A DNA stretch of 64,000 nt from an uncultured Bacilli bacterium. GTDB lineage: Bacteria; Bacillota_I; Bacilli_A; RFN20; CAG-449. Location: contig CANQTY010000001.1 in the NCBI GenBank assembly GCA_947626895.1, positions 2,477 through 66,476 on the forward strand, given 5' to 3'. The notes beneath the pieces are model-generated. The model saw only the letters and a list, made by a program, of their open reading frames with translations, was not told the origin of the DNA and did no database searches. The position numbers were made by a program, and so were the translations under genes. Of the stretch, positions 51,301 through 61,250 are shown in pieces (position 1 is the first letter of the stretch; each line of letters opens with the position of its first letter).

Positions 51301-51633
51301 TTAAAAAGAAACATAGATAAAAATATTTGCAATAATGGAAGAGATAAAATTAACAATTGCATAAATAAGTGAAGAAATTCCTGCGCCAATTTTTGCAAAA
51401 ATATTATTATCTTCGATAATTACGATATCATCGTCCACGCCATCAATCACAGAGTTATGATCCTCTACTTGAAGAATATTTGAATCTAATGAATCTTGAT
51501 GTACATCATTAGAATCTTTGAAAAATGTCGAGGCTAATAATACTACTAATATAACTAAAAATGCTGTTTTTAAAAAGTTTTTCATATTCTCACCACGTTT
51601 ATTATAAATTAGGTATTTTAAATATTTTGTCAA
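51301..51633 (-). CDS. small membrane protein, unknown function
   Basis: two hydrophobic segments flanking an acidic region; 110 aa. Confidence 0.35.
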   Translation of the reverse strand: MTKYLKYLIYNKRGENMKNFLKTAFLVILVVLLASTFFKDSNDVHQDSLDSNILQVEDHNSVIDGVDDDIVIIEDNNIFAKIGAGISSLIYAIVNFISSIIANIFIYVSF

Positions 51634-51644
51634 AACAAAGGTAT

Positions 51645-52457
51645 TTATTTAAAAGCTTCATGAATACAATAAGATAAAACATCGGAAAGTGCCATAATCA
51701 TCTCATCTGTATCCTTTGGAGTGTAATAGGTTAAATGGGGTGCTAAATAATCTTTTATTTCTTTCATATTCAAAGGGTTATCTTTATTGATTCTTTCTAG
51801 AAGAGCTTCCTCTAGAGCTCTCGAGGAAATGGTTGTAGCGACTCCAAGAGCAAAAACTGGAACTCCTAAATATTCTTCATTTAAGGATTTTCGAAAAGAT
51901 AAAATTCCACTTCCAGGAGTTATACCCGTATCGGTTAATTGAATCACTTTAAATAATCTTTCTTCTTTATGAGTCACAAGTGAATCAATAGCGATGACTA
52001 AATCGACTTGATATTCTTTAATTAAAGCTTTCGCAGTTCGGGCACTTTCTAGACCAGTTTCAGCCATAACCCCTGGAATCATCGTTGATATTCCATATAA
52101 TTTTCTTCCTTTATTTAAATGACATGTAGGTTCTAGTTTCCTGATGGTTTTTGGCCCTAAAGCATCTGAAGTATATTGTTCATTTCCTATTCCAAAGCAA
52201 AGAACTAAGGCTTTCTTTTTAATTTTTCTTTTTCTTTTCATGCTTTTTAAAGTAGCAATAATTTCTTTACAAAAAGCATCTTCATTCACTTCATCATCAA
52301 ATTCAAAAGAAATATACGTTCCTATTTTTTTATGAAAAAGTCTTTCATCTTCAATTTTTGTTACTCTTTTAATAAAACCCTTATAGGATTTCTTATTTTG
52401 AGAAATTCCTTTTTCCCCGATTAATTCATCTGCAAAATCAAAATAATCCTCAAGCAT
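51645..52457 (-). CDS. gpr: germination protease (Gpr, peptidase A25)-like endopeptidase, shortened form
   Basis: blocks matching B. subtilis Gpr: GNEQYTSDALGP; PGVMAETGLES; VDLVIAIDSL; IQLTDTGITPGSG; LGVPVFALGV; 270 aa versus about 370 for canonical Gpr. Confidence 0.6.
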   Translation of the reverse strand: MLEDYFDFADELIGEKGISQNKKSYKGFIKRVTKIEDERLFHKKIGTYISFEFDDEVNEDAFCKEIIATLKSMKRKRKIKKKALVLCFGIGNEQYTSDALGPKTIRKLEPTCHLNKGRKLYGISTMIPGVMAETGLESARTAKALIKEYQVDLVIAIDSLVTHKEERLFKVIQLTDTGITPGSGILSFRKSLNEEYLGVPVFALGVATTISSRALEEALLERINKDNPLNMKEIKDYLAPHLTYYTPKDTDEMIMALSDVLSYCIHEAFK

Positions 52458-52543
52458 ATTATCACCCTTATAAGATTAGCATTAACAAAAAGAAGAAAAC
52501 TATTGAAGGATTTTTTAAAATCATATCACAAACGGATTTATTA

Positions 52544-53899
52544 CTACTTTTTACTATTTAATAAGGCAAATTGATAAAAAGGAAGATTATGTATATCTTG
52601 TTCTTCATAGACGATTTTTGAAGATAACTTTAATAAATAAACATCTTTTTTAGATTCATCATTTTTTAATTTATTTAAAGATGGAGATTTTAAATTATTT
52701 CCAGATTTGACCTCTATCGCGGTAATTTTTCCATTTTCTTCTTTAAGAAAATCAATATCCATATCCATGCGATTATAATAATATAATTCATGTTCATATG
52801 GATTTAAGGATAAAATATTAGCAACTAGATTTTCATAAATACCCCCAATATCTAAATCATCGTTTCCATTTAAAACAAGATATCTTTTTTCTTCATGAAA
52901 CATCGACATTAAAATTCCTGTATCAAATAAGAATAATTTAAATGATTCTTCTTTTTTATAGCTTTCTAAAGGAGATTGAATCGTTTTTGTATTGTAACAA
53001 AAAGTAACTAGACCTGCTTCATATAAATAATCTAATGCATCTTTAAATTTTCTAACTCTTCCCCCTTCTTCAACACGATGATACATAAACTTTTTGTTTT
53101 GTTGTTTTAGTTGAAAAGGAATTGAAGCAAAGCATTTTTCTATCTTTAAACTTTCATTATGATTTTCTGCATATTTTCTTATATCTTGAATATATCCTCT
53201 TTTTAAATCCTGCTGAATTTCATATACTTTATGAAAATCATTGGAATTTAAAAATGTAAGAATACATGAGGGTAATCCACCTATAACGATATATTTTCTA
53301 AGCATACCTAATAATGTTTCATGCGTAGAAAGAGAAATATCTTTAGAATTGCTATTCATTCTAATTTGTTCAATAAAGTCTTCACTATAATTAAATGCCC
53401 ATAAAAATTCCTCAAAATCAAAAGGTTTCATTTCTAAATGACTTACATACCCTACAGGATATGAACCATGAAATGAACGCGCTAAAGCTACACCAAGTAA
53501 AGATCCAGAAGCAATCACATGATATAACTTATTTTCTAAAGAAAAGGATTTTAAAGAAATTAAAGCATTTTCACAAGATTGAATTTCATCTAGAAAGATA
53601 AAATATGGATTATTTTCATCATCTTTAAAATCAATATTCATAAAGCGAATATTCATTTGTATTTTATTCATAATCGCTTTAGGAGATAAATCATTTTCAA
53701 AAAATTTTTTTGCTTCAGGAAATAATTCAAAATTGATAGAAATAATCTTATTTGAAGGATAATTTTCTTTAGCAAATTCTTCAATGCTATATGTTTTTCC
53801 TACTTGACGCGCTCCAACGACAAGAAGACATTTTTTCGTTTTTGATGCTTTCCATTCAACTAATGATTTGGTGATTTTTCTTTTCATAATTTTCTCCAC
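52544..53899 (-). CDS. AAA-superfamily ATPase of the COG1373 type (with DUF4143-like C-terminal domain)
   Basis: Walker A VVGARQVGKT; Walker B FIFLDEIQ; 451 aa architecture typical of COG1373. Confidence 0.6.
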   Translation of the reverse strand: MEKIMKRKITKSLVEWKASKTKKCLLVVGARQVGKTYSIEEFAKENYPSNKIISINFELFPEAKKFFENDLSPKAIMNKIQMNIRFMNIDFKDDENNPYFIFLDEIQSCENALISLKSFSLENKLYHVIASGSLLGVALARSFHGSYPVGYVSHLEMKPFDFEEFLWAFNYSEDFIEQIRMNSNSKDISLSTHETLLGMLRKYIVIGGLPSCILTFLNSNDFHKVYEIQQDLKRGYIQDIRKYAENHNESLKIEKCFASIPFQLKQQNKKFMYHRVEEGGRVRKFKDALDYLYEAGLVTFCYNTKTIQSPLESYKKEESFKLFLFDTGILMSMFHEEKRYLVLNGNDDLDIGGIYENLVANILSLNPYEHELYYYNRMDMDIDFLKEENGKITAIEVKSGNNLKSPSLNKLKNDESKKDVYLLKLSSKIVYEEQDIHNLPFYQFALLNSKK

Positions 53900-54012
53900 T
53901 TGCCACTTTTTTATGGATTATCTTTATTTAATATGCCACTTTTTTAGGAATTATACAACATAAAAATGCCATTATTTTAAAAATTTAAAGTCTTAAAATG
54001 CCACTTTTTTTA
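53900..54012. repeat. four direct repeats of ATGCCACTTTTTT at 32-33-nt period in a divergent promoter region
   Basis: GCCAC/GCCAT at 53902, 53935, 53968 and 54000, each followed by a T-run. Confidence 0.75.
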
Positions 54013-54288
54013 ATTTTATCATTTTTTTAACCATATTAGATAATAAAAACGAATAACCAAAAATAGGTTTTTTTATCGTAACTAATCATAGATTTATAGC
54101 TTCATTTTTTAAAATGAGATTCTGGTGCAACATAATGAGACCTATTTGGGATGATTTTGGCACAAAAACCCCTAAATATAGGTAATTTTAAAAAAATGTT
54201 TTTTCTTTAAATATAATATGCTATGGTCAAAAGCAATAAATGATAGATGTATATTTATGGGTAAAAATCTATCGAAAGGAGAAAAAAT

Positions 54289-55566
54289 ATGAACCACTTT
54301 TATGATGAATTTAAAAAACCTACATGTTCAGAACTACTAGACTTTCTTGAAGAAGAATTAAAGGACATTGATTCTACAAAAAAATTGATGATAAGTTTTG
54401 AAATCAGCGCTGTTGCAACTAGAATCGGTGAAAAAGTCAAAGACACATTCACGATTGATTCAAGTGTTTTTGAAATCACACCACTTTTAATCGATTTAGT
54501 AAGACCTCCCTTCGGGGAAATTGGAGAAAAAACTCTGCATAATATTCTCGCGGGTCATGATGATTGTCTTCATATCGTAAACGATGTAAAAGCTCTTAAT
54601 GTTGCGCAAAGCTTTAAGCAGAATCTTACTTCCGCGAGATTGATGATTGACCTTACTGAACAAGGAGTAGAAAAAAAGAAAATGGAAAAAGTTTTAGATG
54701 CCGTCTTAAAAAATCGTGAAATTTATTTTGATGAATACAAAGAAGATATTGCTCTAAATGAGGAATTTAAGTATATTGTCAAGGACTTTAAAAATTTAAA
54801 TGGCGAAGATTATTACAATCATAATCCAAAATATATTGAAGGCTATATTCTTTCTATATCCACGAAAGTGATTGATCTATTTATTGACTATATCAATTTA
54901 ATGAAGAAAAACAAAATGTTTAAATTTGAAATAGAAAAATCCGAATTTTATAGCTATTTTAAAACAAGTATTGATTCTTTTTTAGAAATGGATATTCCAT
55001 CTCAAGCAACAGCATTATCTAATGAGCTAATAAGAATCTTTATAGATGAAATCAAAAAAGATTCGAATCATTTCATACTTAGTGAAAATAGTATATTCTT
55101 TTATTTATTTAATGCATTTCAAAAGATTAAAAATGATGTATTAAACAAAGATTTATCTTATAAAATTAATAAAGGGGCTCAAGAATTAATTATAAAGCAG
55201 ATTTTTGCCAATTATTATCAAAATCCCTTCTGCATGAATGAGGTATTCTTTAAACATTTTTATGGCTCCATCATGGACATAAAAGGTTTACCAAAAAATA
55301 TCTATCAAGATATGAATATGTTTAAAGAGGTCCTAGATATTGAAGATGAAGATCAACTTGCAAAAATAAAAGAAAAAATGGAAGATTTTCTCAAAGAATG
55401 CAGAAAGAATATAACCCAAAAAGATTTACCTAGTTCTTTAAGAGATAGTTATCGCACTATCTATAAGCAATATTTAAAAAGCATTGCATTTTATATTGCA
55501 TGTATGACCGATGAGATGGCTTATAAAGAAAGTGTACTTTTTGAAAAAAATGATGAAAAAGATTAG
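54289..55566 (+). CDS. hypothetical cytoplasmic protein (425 aa), no recognisable family
   Basis: good RBS (AAAGGAGAAAAAATATG); first about 400 nt noticeably more GC-rich than surroundings; upstream region shares a conserved element with the 16190-16549 regulator gene. Confidence 0.5.
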   Translation: MNHFYDEFKKPTCSELLDFLEEELKDIDSTKKLMISFEISAVATRIGEKVKDTFTIDSSVFEITPLLIDLVRPPFGEIGEKTLHNILAGHDDCLHIVNDVKALNVAQSFKQNLTSARLMIDLTEQGVEKKKMEKVLDAVLKNREIYFDEYKEDIALNEEFKYIVKDFKNLNGEDYYNHNPKYIEGYILSISTKVIDLFIDYINLMKKNKMFKFEIEKSEFYSYFKTSIDSFLEMDIPSQATALSNELIRIFIDEIKKDSNHFILSENSIFFYLFNAFQKIKNDVLNKDLSYKINKGAQELIIKQIFANYYQNPFCMNEVFFKHFYGSIMDIKGLPKNIYQDMNMFKEVLDIEDEDQLAKIKEKMEDFLKECRKNITQKDLPSSLRDSYRTIYKQYLKSIAFYIACMTDEMAYKESVLFEKNDEKD

Positions 55567-55671
55567 CTTATTTTAAAACAATCCATTAAAATAAGTTTAT
55601 CGTAAGCATTAAGAGGTCAACATATTTATTGGTACGTGGTGGTCCGATGTTGATCTCTTTATGTTTTTTAT

Positions 55672-57135
55672 TTATTTTTGCGATAAATCATCACTAAAAG
55701 AAGTTTGATTTTCATTTTCTTCTTTATTTTCTATATTTTCATTTCCCTCTATCATTTTAGGGCTTTCATTATTTTCTTTATGATTATCTTCTTTATTTTC
55801 ATTTTTATCTTTAGGTAAAACTAAAGAAAGAATTAAAGAAATAACAAAGACTCCAGCGACAGGATTTGAAGAAAAGATATCCCCAATTAAAGAAGGCATA
55901 TGATCAAAAAAGCCTGGAGCCTGTGTAACACCTATACCTAAGCAAAAGGAAGTGGCAATAATTAAAGTATTTCTTGTATTCATTTGACATTTACTAAGCA
56001 TCGATATTCCTGAAGCAATAATTGCTCCGAACATAATAATAGAACAACCCCCTAAAACACATTCTGGTAAAGTGGCAAAAAATGCCCCGATTGGAGGAAA
56101 TAGTCCTGCAATAATTAAAATAAAAGCTCCCCACATGATGGTAAAACGATTGACGACTTTAGTCATCGCTACTAAACCCACATTTTGGGAAAAGGAAGTT
56201 ACAGGTGGACAACCAAAAAAGACACCTGCAAGTGAAGAAACAAAGCCATCACAACTTAACGCGCCTGAAACTTCTCTTTCACTAATATCTCGATTTAACC
56301 CACTATTACAAATCGCGGTAGTATCTCCAATTGTTTCCGCGGTTGATACTAAAAAGACTAAGGAAACTGAAATAATCGCTCCAATTTCAAATTTTGGCGT
56401 ATATTTAAAGAAATTTGGAAAGGAAATAATCCCTAATTCTTGAATCGTGTTCCCCATACTAGCAAAATCTACCATGTTAAAACATAGCGAAACTAAATAT
56501 CCAATAATTAAACCAAAAAGAATATATAATTGTTTCCAAAATCCCTTAGCGAAAGAATAAATCAGTAAACAAGATAAAAACGTAATAAATCCGACAAGTA
56601 AATTTTGCCATGACCCCATAGGATAAGCTGAAGATGAAGCAAAATACGTTGCTCCTGTGGATAATAAAGAAAAACCAATCGTCATGACAACAGATCCTGA
56701 TACAATCGGAGTAATAAATCTCCGCCAATACTTTGCGGTTAAACCTAATATACCTTCAACTAAACCACCAATTAAAACCGCTCCGACAAGTAAACCATAA
56801 TCTTGCGAAGCTAAAGCAATCATCGCAGGTAAAAAAGTAAAACTTAAACCAATCACCACTGGAAGTTTAGCACCAATTCGCCAAATTGGGAAAAGTTGGA
56901 TTAAAGTTCCAAGTCCTGCAATAAGCATTGCTACTTGAACAAGGCGAGCCACATCAGCACTTGTAAAAGCTACTCCATTATACATAGCAACTCCTCCGAT
57001 TAACATAATCGGAGTGATGTTTGCGACAAACATTGCTAAAACATGTTGTAAACCAAATGGAATCGCCTTAGCTATAGGAACTCTCCCATCAAGTTGATAG
57101 ATATTTTGAATATCTCCTTTTTCTTTAATTTTCAT
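55672..57135 (-). CDS. nucleobase:cation symporter-2 (xanthine/uracil permease) with acidic low-complexity C-terminal tail
   Basis: NCS2 N-terminus (AIPFGLQHVLAMFVANITPIML); multiple TM spans; C-terminal NENKEDNHKENNES... Confidence 0.8.
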   Translation of the reverse strand: MKIKEKGDIQNIYQLDGRVPIAKAIPFGLQHVLAMFVANITPIMLIGGVAMYNGVAFTSADVARLVQVAMLIAGLGTLIQLFPIWRIGAKLPVVIGLSFTFLPAMIALASQDYGLLVGAVLIGGLVEGILGLTAKYWRRFITPIVSGSVVMTIGFSLLSTGATYFASSSAYPMGSWQNLLVGFITFLSCLLIYSFAKGFWKQLYILFGLIIGYLVSLCFNMVDFASMGNTIQELGIISFPNFFKYTPKFEIGAIISVSLVFLVSTAETIGDTTAICNSGLNRDISEREVSGALSCDGFVSSLAGVFFGCPPVTSFSQNVGLVAMTKVVNRFTIMWGAFILIIAGLFPPIGAFFATLPECVLGGCSIIMFGAIIASGISMLSKCQMNTRNTLIIATSFCLGIGVTQAPGFFDHMPSLIGDIFSSNPVAGVFVISLILSLVLPKDKNENKEDNHKENNESPKMIEGNENIENKEENENQTSFSDDLSQK

Positions 57136-57187
57136 TTTCTTTACCTCAAAATCTTAAAAAAGCATGATAAAAATAGCTTTATCACAC

Positions 57188-58024
57188 TTAATCTTCTGCA
57201 AGAGAACTTTCTTTAATTAATAATTCTTCTGTCGCTGAAACAGAATTGATAACTAATTTAATAAATTTTTCTAATTTAGAATTTGCTCCATAATCCGCTA
57301 AACAATAATAGTTAATACGTTCATCGGTATAAAGTTGCTTTGCTTTTTCTTCGCTACCTTTCGGATAGACCGCGATGGATCTACCTCCTTTTTCATGTAC
57401 GATTGCCATACAAGGAACATCGGTTAATCCATCTCCTAAATAGACGATATTTCTAAAAGGTATTCTTTTTGTTTCAACACGAAGATTCACCGAATCATCA
57501 TTGGTATCTAATGTACCTTTAGAAATTCGATAAAGAAATTGCGTTTTCGCAGTGTAATTCACTGCAATTTTAGGCCAAATGGCAATTCCATTTTCATCAT
57601 ATAAAAACTCACAACCATAGATACTTTTAAATTCTTTGGCAATCGGAGTACCTTCCATGATTTCTGTTGTTCCAGAAGATAAAATATAATGTTCTATTCG
57701 AACTCCTTTTTCTTCCCCATATTGGTTAATTCTTTTAAACCAGGTTGTTACACCATCATAAAATTTGATATCTTTTCCTAAACTATTGAGCCATTCTCTA
57801 GTTAAAGGAATTCCTTTTTCATGGCACTTCATAATCATCATATACATATAAGATAAGATTTTTTCCATGCCAAGCTCTTTAGAAAGTACTGTTGTAGAAT
57901 CCCAAAATTCACTCGGAGTCATCCCCAAAGCAGGAATAAAAGAAAAATTTTGCATGTCATCTCGACATAATGTTTTATCAAAATCATATACTAAAGCTAA
58001 AATTGGCTTTCCCACATTCATCAC
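57188..58024 (-). CDS. HAD-superfamily hydrolase
   Basis: DFDKTL (DxDxT motif I); later GDG..D motif. Confidence 0.6.
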   Translation of the reverse strand: MMNVGKPILALVYDFDKTLCRDDMQNFSFIPALGMTPSEFWDSTTVLSKELGMEKILSYMYMMIMKCHEKGIPLTREWLNSLGKDIKFYDGVTTWFKRINQYGEEKGVRIEHYILSSGTTEIMEGTPIAKEFKSIYGCEFLYDENGIAIWPKIAVNYTAKTQFLYRISKGTLDTNDDSVNLRVETKRIPFRNIVYLGDGLTDVPCMAIVHEKGGRSIAVYPKGSEEKAKQLYTDERINYYCLADYGANSKLEKFIKLVINSVSATEELLIKESSLAED

Positions 58025-58085
58025 CTCTCATTTAAATTTTATCAAAATTTTAAAATAATGGCAAGATGTAGGTTTTTATCCACTT

Positions 58086-58751
58086 TTAAGATATTAGTTT
58101 AGTTAAATATTGTATATCTTCATCATGTGTCACTTTAAAATTATAACGACTTCCCATCACTAAATAGACTTTCATATGATGTTTTAAAGCAACTTGCACA
58201 TCATCGCTAAGATTTAATCCTTGCTCTTTTTCTTTTTCATAAGCATCTAAAATATCTTGATATTTAAATCCTTGAGGTGTTTGTACTAAATATAAATTTT
58301 CCCGACTTATTTCATATAAAACTTCTTGATCACCTTTTAAAAGAGAGTCCTCTAAGGGGAGAATTGTTGTACATGCTCCATATTTTTTTATCATTTGGAT
58401 ATTATTTAAAATGATTTCTTTACTTACTAAAGGTCGAGCAACATCATGAATTAAAATAATATCATCTGGATGTAATTGATTTTTTAAAGAAAGTAATCCT
58501 AAATAAGAAGATTCCCCACGTGTAAATCCCCCCTTAACAAAAGATAATTTAGGATTCGTGATTTCTTTTTTTACTTTTTCTATATATAAAGAAGGTAAAA
58601 CTAAAACAACTTGATCAATTTCATCCATCATTAAAAAGGTATTTAATGAATACTGATATAAAGGTTTATCTTTGATTTTGATAAATTGTTTAGGAGTGTC
58701 TTGATGAATTCTTTCTCCTTTTCCTCCACCTAGAAGAAGCGCAACAACCAT
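58086..58751 (-). CDS. IspD/TarI-family cytidylyltransferase (2-C-methyl-D-erythritol-4-P or ribitol-5-P cytidylyltransferase)
   Basis: LLLGGGKGERI ... PKQFIKIKDKPL N-terminus typical of IspD/TarI; 221 aa. Confidence 0.65.
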   Translation of the reverse strand: MVVALLLGGGKGERIHQDTPKQFIKIKDKPLYQYSLNTFLMMDEIDQVVLVLPSLYIEKVKKEITNPKLSFVKGGFTRGESSYLGLLSLKNQLHPDDIILIHDVARPLVSKEIILNNIQMIKKYGACTTILPLEDSLLKGDQEVLYEISRENLYLVQTPQGFKYQDILDAYEKEKEQGLNLSDDVQVALKHHMKVYLVMGSRYNFKVTHDEDIQYLTKLIS

Positions 58752-58752
58752 A

Positions 58753-59913
58753 TTATTCCTTATTTAAAGTGATGGTCTCTCTTTTCTTCATCACTTTTGT
58801 GTAAAAATAATCACTGATAAAGAAGATGATATCGGTGCCTAAAAAGCCCATAAAAACAAAAGATAAAGTCAGATAAGATTCTACTTCTTTTCTTTCGCCT
58901 TCTTTAATCATTGCTTCTGATAATATTTCTTTTTGATTTAGTTTAATATAATAAACATAAGATGTATTTCCTTCACTTGGGGTAACTTTTAAACTCGTTT
59001 CTTGATTTAAAAGGGCTTTATCAAAATCCTTTTCCATATAAGGAACATATTTATTTAAAAGGATATAATTGGTTTCATCATTTTCTAGATGAATAATATA
59101 ATTATCTTCTTTTGTAATTTCTTTTATATTTCCTACCTTTTCTACCATTTCTTGATAATTAGGAAGATTATTATGGCTTAAAAAAAGCGCTCCATACTGA
59201 AGAAAAGCAATAGCAAAAAGAACGATAAAAGGAATATAGAATCTTCTTCTTTTAGCAAAGTTTTTTTGATTATTCCCGTTTATTCTTATATCTTTTTCAT
59301 AAACAACTTTTCCTAATTCAATATTATTTAATGTTTTTACATTTTTATAATCTTTAAAGAAACGATGGAATAATAAAAAGCCAATAAATAAAGATAATGG
59401 AATAAAAAAGATTAAAACATAAAAGGTTTCTAAAAAGGCAAATAAGAAAGATACAAATAATAATAAAACTTCAATAACTACGATACTAGCAATATAAAAT
59501 CCTTTTAATTTTAAAAACTTATTTTTATAACATAAGCCAATATTATCATATAAAACATCATCTTCGTTTAAATTAAGAGGAGATATTAAAGAAATATCTT
59601 TGTACCATTTTCTTTGTAAATAAAACGCAGCTTTCTCTTTTAAAGATAATTTTTTTACTTGAACATAGATATATGCAAAATAAATGATAAAAAAAGCAAA
59701 TATAGCTACACCAATAGAAAGAATAATACTAAAAGCAAGCCATTTTTGGTAACTCGCTAATAACAAGACAACAATGAAAAAGAAAAAAAGATAAACTAAA
59801 GCAAAGGTAGGAAACACCACGGCATTTTCACTATCAATTGCATCAATAACTTTTTGTAGTTCCTCTTCTTTGATATTCGCTACATCTTTTTTAAATTCTT
59901 CTTTAATCTTCAT
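58753..59913 (-). CDS. polytopic membrane protein, unknown function
   Basis: about 8 hydrophobic spans; 2-nt gap to the cytidylyltransferase gene. Confidence 0.4.
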   Translation of the reverse strand: MKIKEEFKKDVANIKEEELQKVIDAIDSENAVVFPTFALVYLFFFFIVVLLLASYQKWLAFSIILSIGVAIFAFFIIYFAYIYVQVKKLSLKEKAAFYLQRKWYKDISLISPLNLNEDDVLYDNIGLCYKNKFLKLKGFYIASIVVIEVLLLFVSFLFAFLETFYVLIFFIPLSLFIGFLLFHRFFKDYKNVKTLNNIELGKVVYEKDIRINGNNQKNFAKRRRFYIPFIVLFAIAFLQYGALFLSHNNLPNYQEMVEKVGNIKEITKEDNYIIHLENDETNYILLNKYVPYMEKDFDKALLNQETSLKVTPSEGNTSYVYYIKLNQKEILSEAMIKEGERKEVESYLTLSFVFMGFLGTDIIFFISDYFYTKVMKKRETITLNKE

Positions 59914-59996
59914 AATCTTTCCTATAAAGATTTTAACGCATTTTTTAAATAAGATAAATAAGAAATCCTTTATTACATAAAATTAAGCTTATAAGC

Positions 59997-60473
59997 TTAA
60001 TATTTTGCTAACTTTGAAAGAATTAATTCTATATTTGGCTGAGTAGGTATAATTGTAATTTTCAGTTTAATAAGTTCTAAAATTCTTTTTGCTTTCTTTC
60101 CTATTTCTTCCATATCCCTTTCATCTGTAACCATAATGTGTTCATTAAGCCAGCAATATTCACTTTCTATAAAATTTTTAGTAATAGGAAATATTTCTTG
60201 AATTAAAAAGGCTCTTTTAACACCATGAACAAGTTTTGCAATATATAGACCATCATTATGTTTTCCTTGTTCTATTCTTTTTTTCATGACCTTTTCATAT
60301 TTATCCACATTACTAGATAAAGGAATCATCCAATATATTCCATTTTCTTCTTTATAACAATAATAATGAGGTTTTGTTCCATGTTGATTTCTTTTTAAAT
60401 ATGGATCATCCATCAAATCAAAAAATTCATCTTTTATAATATATACTCCATTGATTTTTACTTTCTCTATCAT
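59997..60473 (-). CDS. type III toxin-antitoxin toxin, ToxN/AbiQ-family endoribonuclease (locus 1)
   Basis: about 158 aa; start ATG 60471-60473 with AGGAGA RBS 6 nt upstream; motifs GIYWMIPLSS and KPHYY resemble ToxN/AbiQ (Y.APLTSPK, KRPY); preceded by repeat RNA + terminator. Confidence 0.6.
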   Translation of the reverse strand: MIEKVKINGVYIIKDEFFDLMDDPYLKRNQHGTKPHYYCYKEENGIYWMIPLSSNVDKYEKVMKKRIEQGKHNDGLYIAKLVHGVKRAFLIQEIFPITKNFIESEYCWLNEHIMVTDERDMEEIGKKAKRILELIKLKITIIPTQPNIELILSKLAKY

Positions 60474-60496
60474 CAAAATTCTCCTTTTAAACAAAA

Positions 60497-60629
60497 GTCC
60501 CCCGTATATACTTTAACGAAGGACATATAACTTTCGAGCCAGCCACTTAATGGTTCGCCTGCTGGCCAGCGAAATACTTAACATCCTAGCCATTTGATGG
60601 TTCGCATGCTAGTCAGCGAAAAACTTTCT
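60497..60629 (-). ncRNA. type III antitoxin RNA (ToxI-like), two 47-nt direct repeats plus terminator (locus 1)
   Basis: AGCCAYTTRATGGTTCGCMTGCTRGYCAGCGAAA repeated with 47-nt period (60541, 60588); promoter TTGACT(60664-60659)-17-TAGGAT(60641-60636) on minus strand; terminator 60497-60524 with GU-containing stem + TTTTGTT. Confidence 0.6.
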
Positions 60630-60740
60630 ATACATATCCTAACAAATCAATTTAGTTAAGTCAATATGCAGTTCATTATTTTTTTGTGCATTTAGTATGA
60701 AAATCAATCACATGCTATAGAAAAAAATAATATTCGAAGG

Positions 60741-61220
60741 TTATTGACGTACATTTAACTTTTCTAATATTGCTATCACATCTATTTGAGTAGGCATATA
60801 TCGAACACCATCTTTTAATAACTCCATAATAACCCTAGCCTTTTGTTCGATTTGCTCAACATCTATATCGTTAGTTAATTCTACAAGTTTCCCTTTAAAG
60901 GTATAAGGGCGATAAATGTATTGCTTAGTAATCGGAAACATATCTTGAATCAAAAAGGCACTTTCCTCGTTATCTTTTATCATTGCAATATGAAGAATAT
61001 CACATGGTTTTCCTTCTTCCTCTCTTTTTTGAATAATCCTTCGGTATTTTTCTACACGACTAGATAAAGGAATCATCCAATATATTCCATCTTCTTGATC
61101 CTGTAAGCAATAATAATGTGGCCTTTTACAATGCTTATTACTTTTTAAATATGGATCATTCATCAATTCGAAAAATTCATCTTTAATAAAATACATTCCT
61201 CCTTTTTTTAATTGTCTCAA
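60741..61220 (-). CDS. type III TA toxin, ToxN/AbiQ-family paralogue (locus 2)
   Basis: about 50% identical to the locus-1 toxin (FIKDEFFELMNDPYL..KRPHYY..GIYWMIPLSS); start either TTG 61220 or ATG 61196; GGAGGA RBS nearby. Confidence 0.55.
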   Translation of the reverse strand: MRQLKKGGMYFIKDEFFELMNDPYLKSNKHCKRPHYYCLQDQEDGIYWMIPLSSRVEKYRRIIQKREEEGKPCDILHIAMIKDNEESAFLIQDMFPITKQYIYRPYTFKGKLVELTNDIDVEQIEQKARVIMELLKDGVRYMPTQIDVIAILEKLNVRQ

Positions 61221-61250
61221 TTTTGTCTCATTTCTCCTTTTATGATAAAA

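Noticed and set aside
60474-60494. ORF-track TTG start extending toxin 1 N-terminus (MFKRRIL...)
   Set aside because: The extension overlaps the terminator hairpin and has no RBS. The ATG at 60473 has AGGAGA 6 nt upstream.
60541-60560. tRNA T-arm-like GGTTCGCC in repeats
   Set aside because: No acceptor stem or anticodon-arm context. It is part of the antitoxin repeat unit.
60527-60632. 47-nt direct repeats considered as a mini-CRISPR array
   Set aside because: Only 2 to 2.5 copies, contiguous with no spacers, no cas genes nearby. They sit between a promoter and a terminator immediately upstream of a ToxN-like ORF, which is the type III antitoxin layout.
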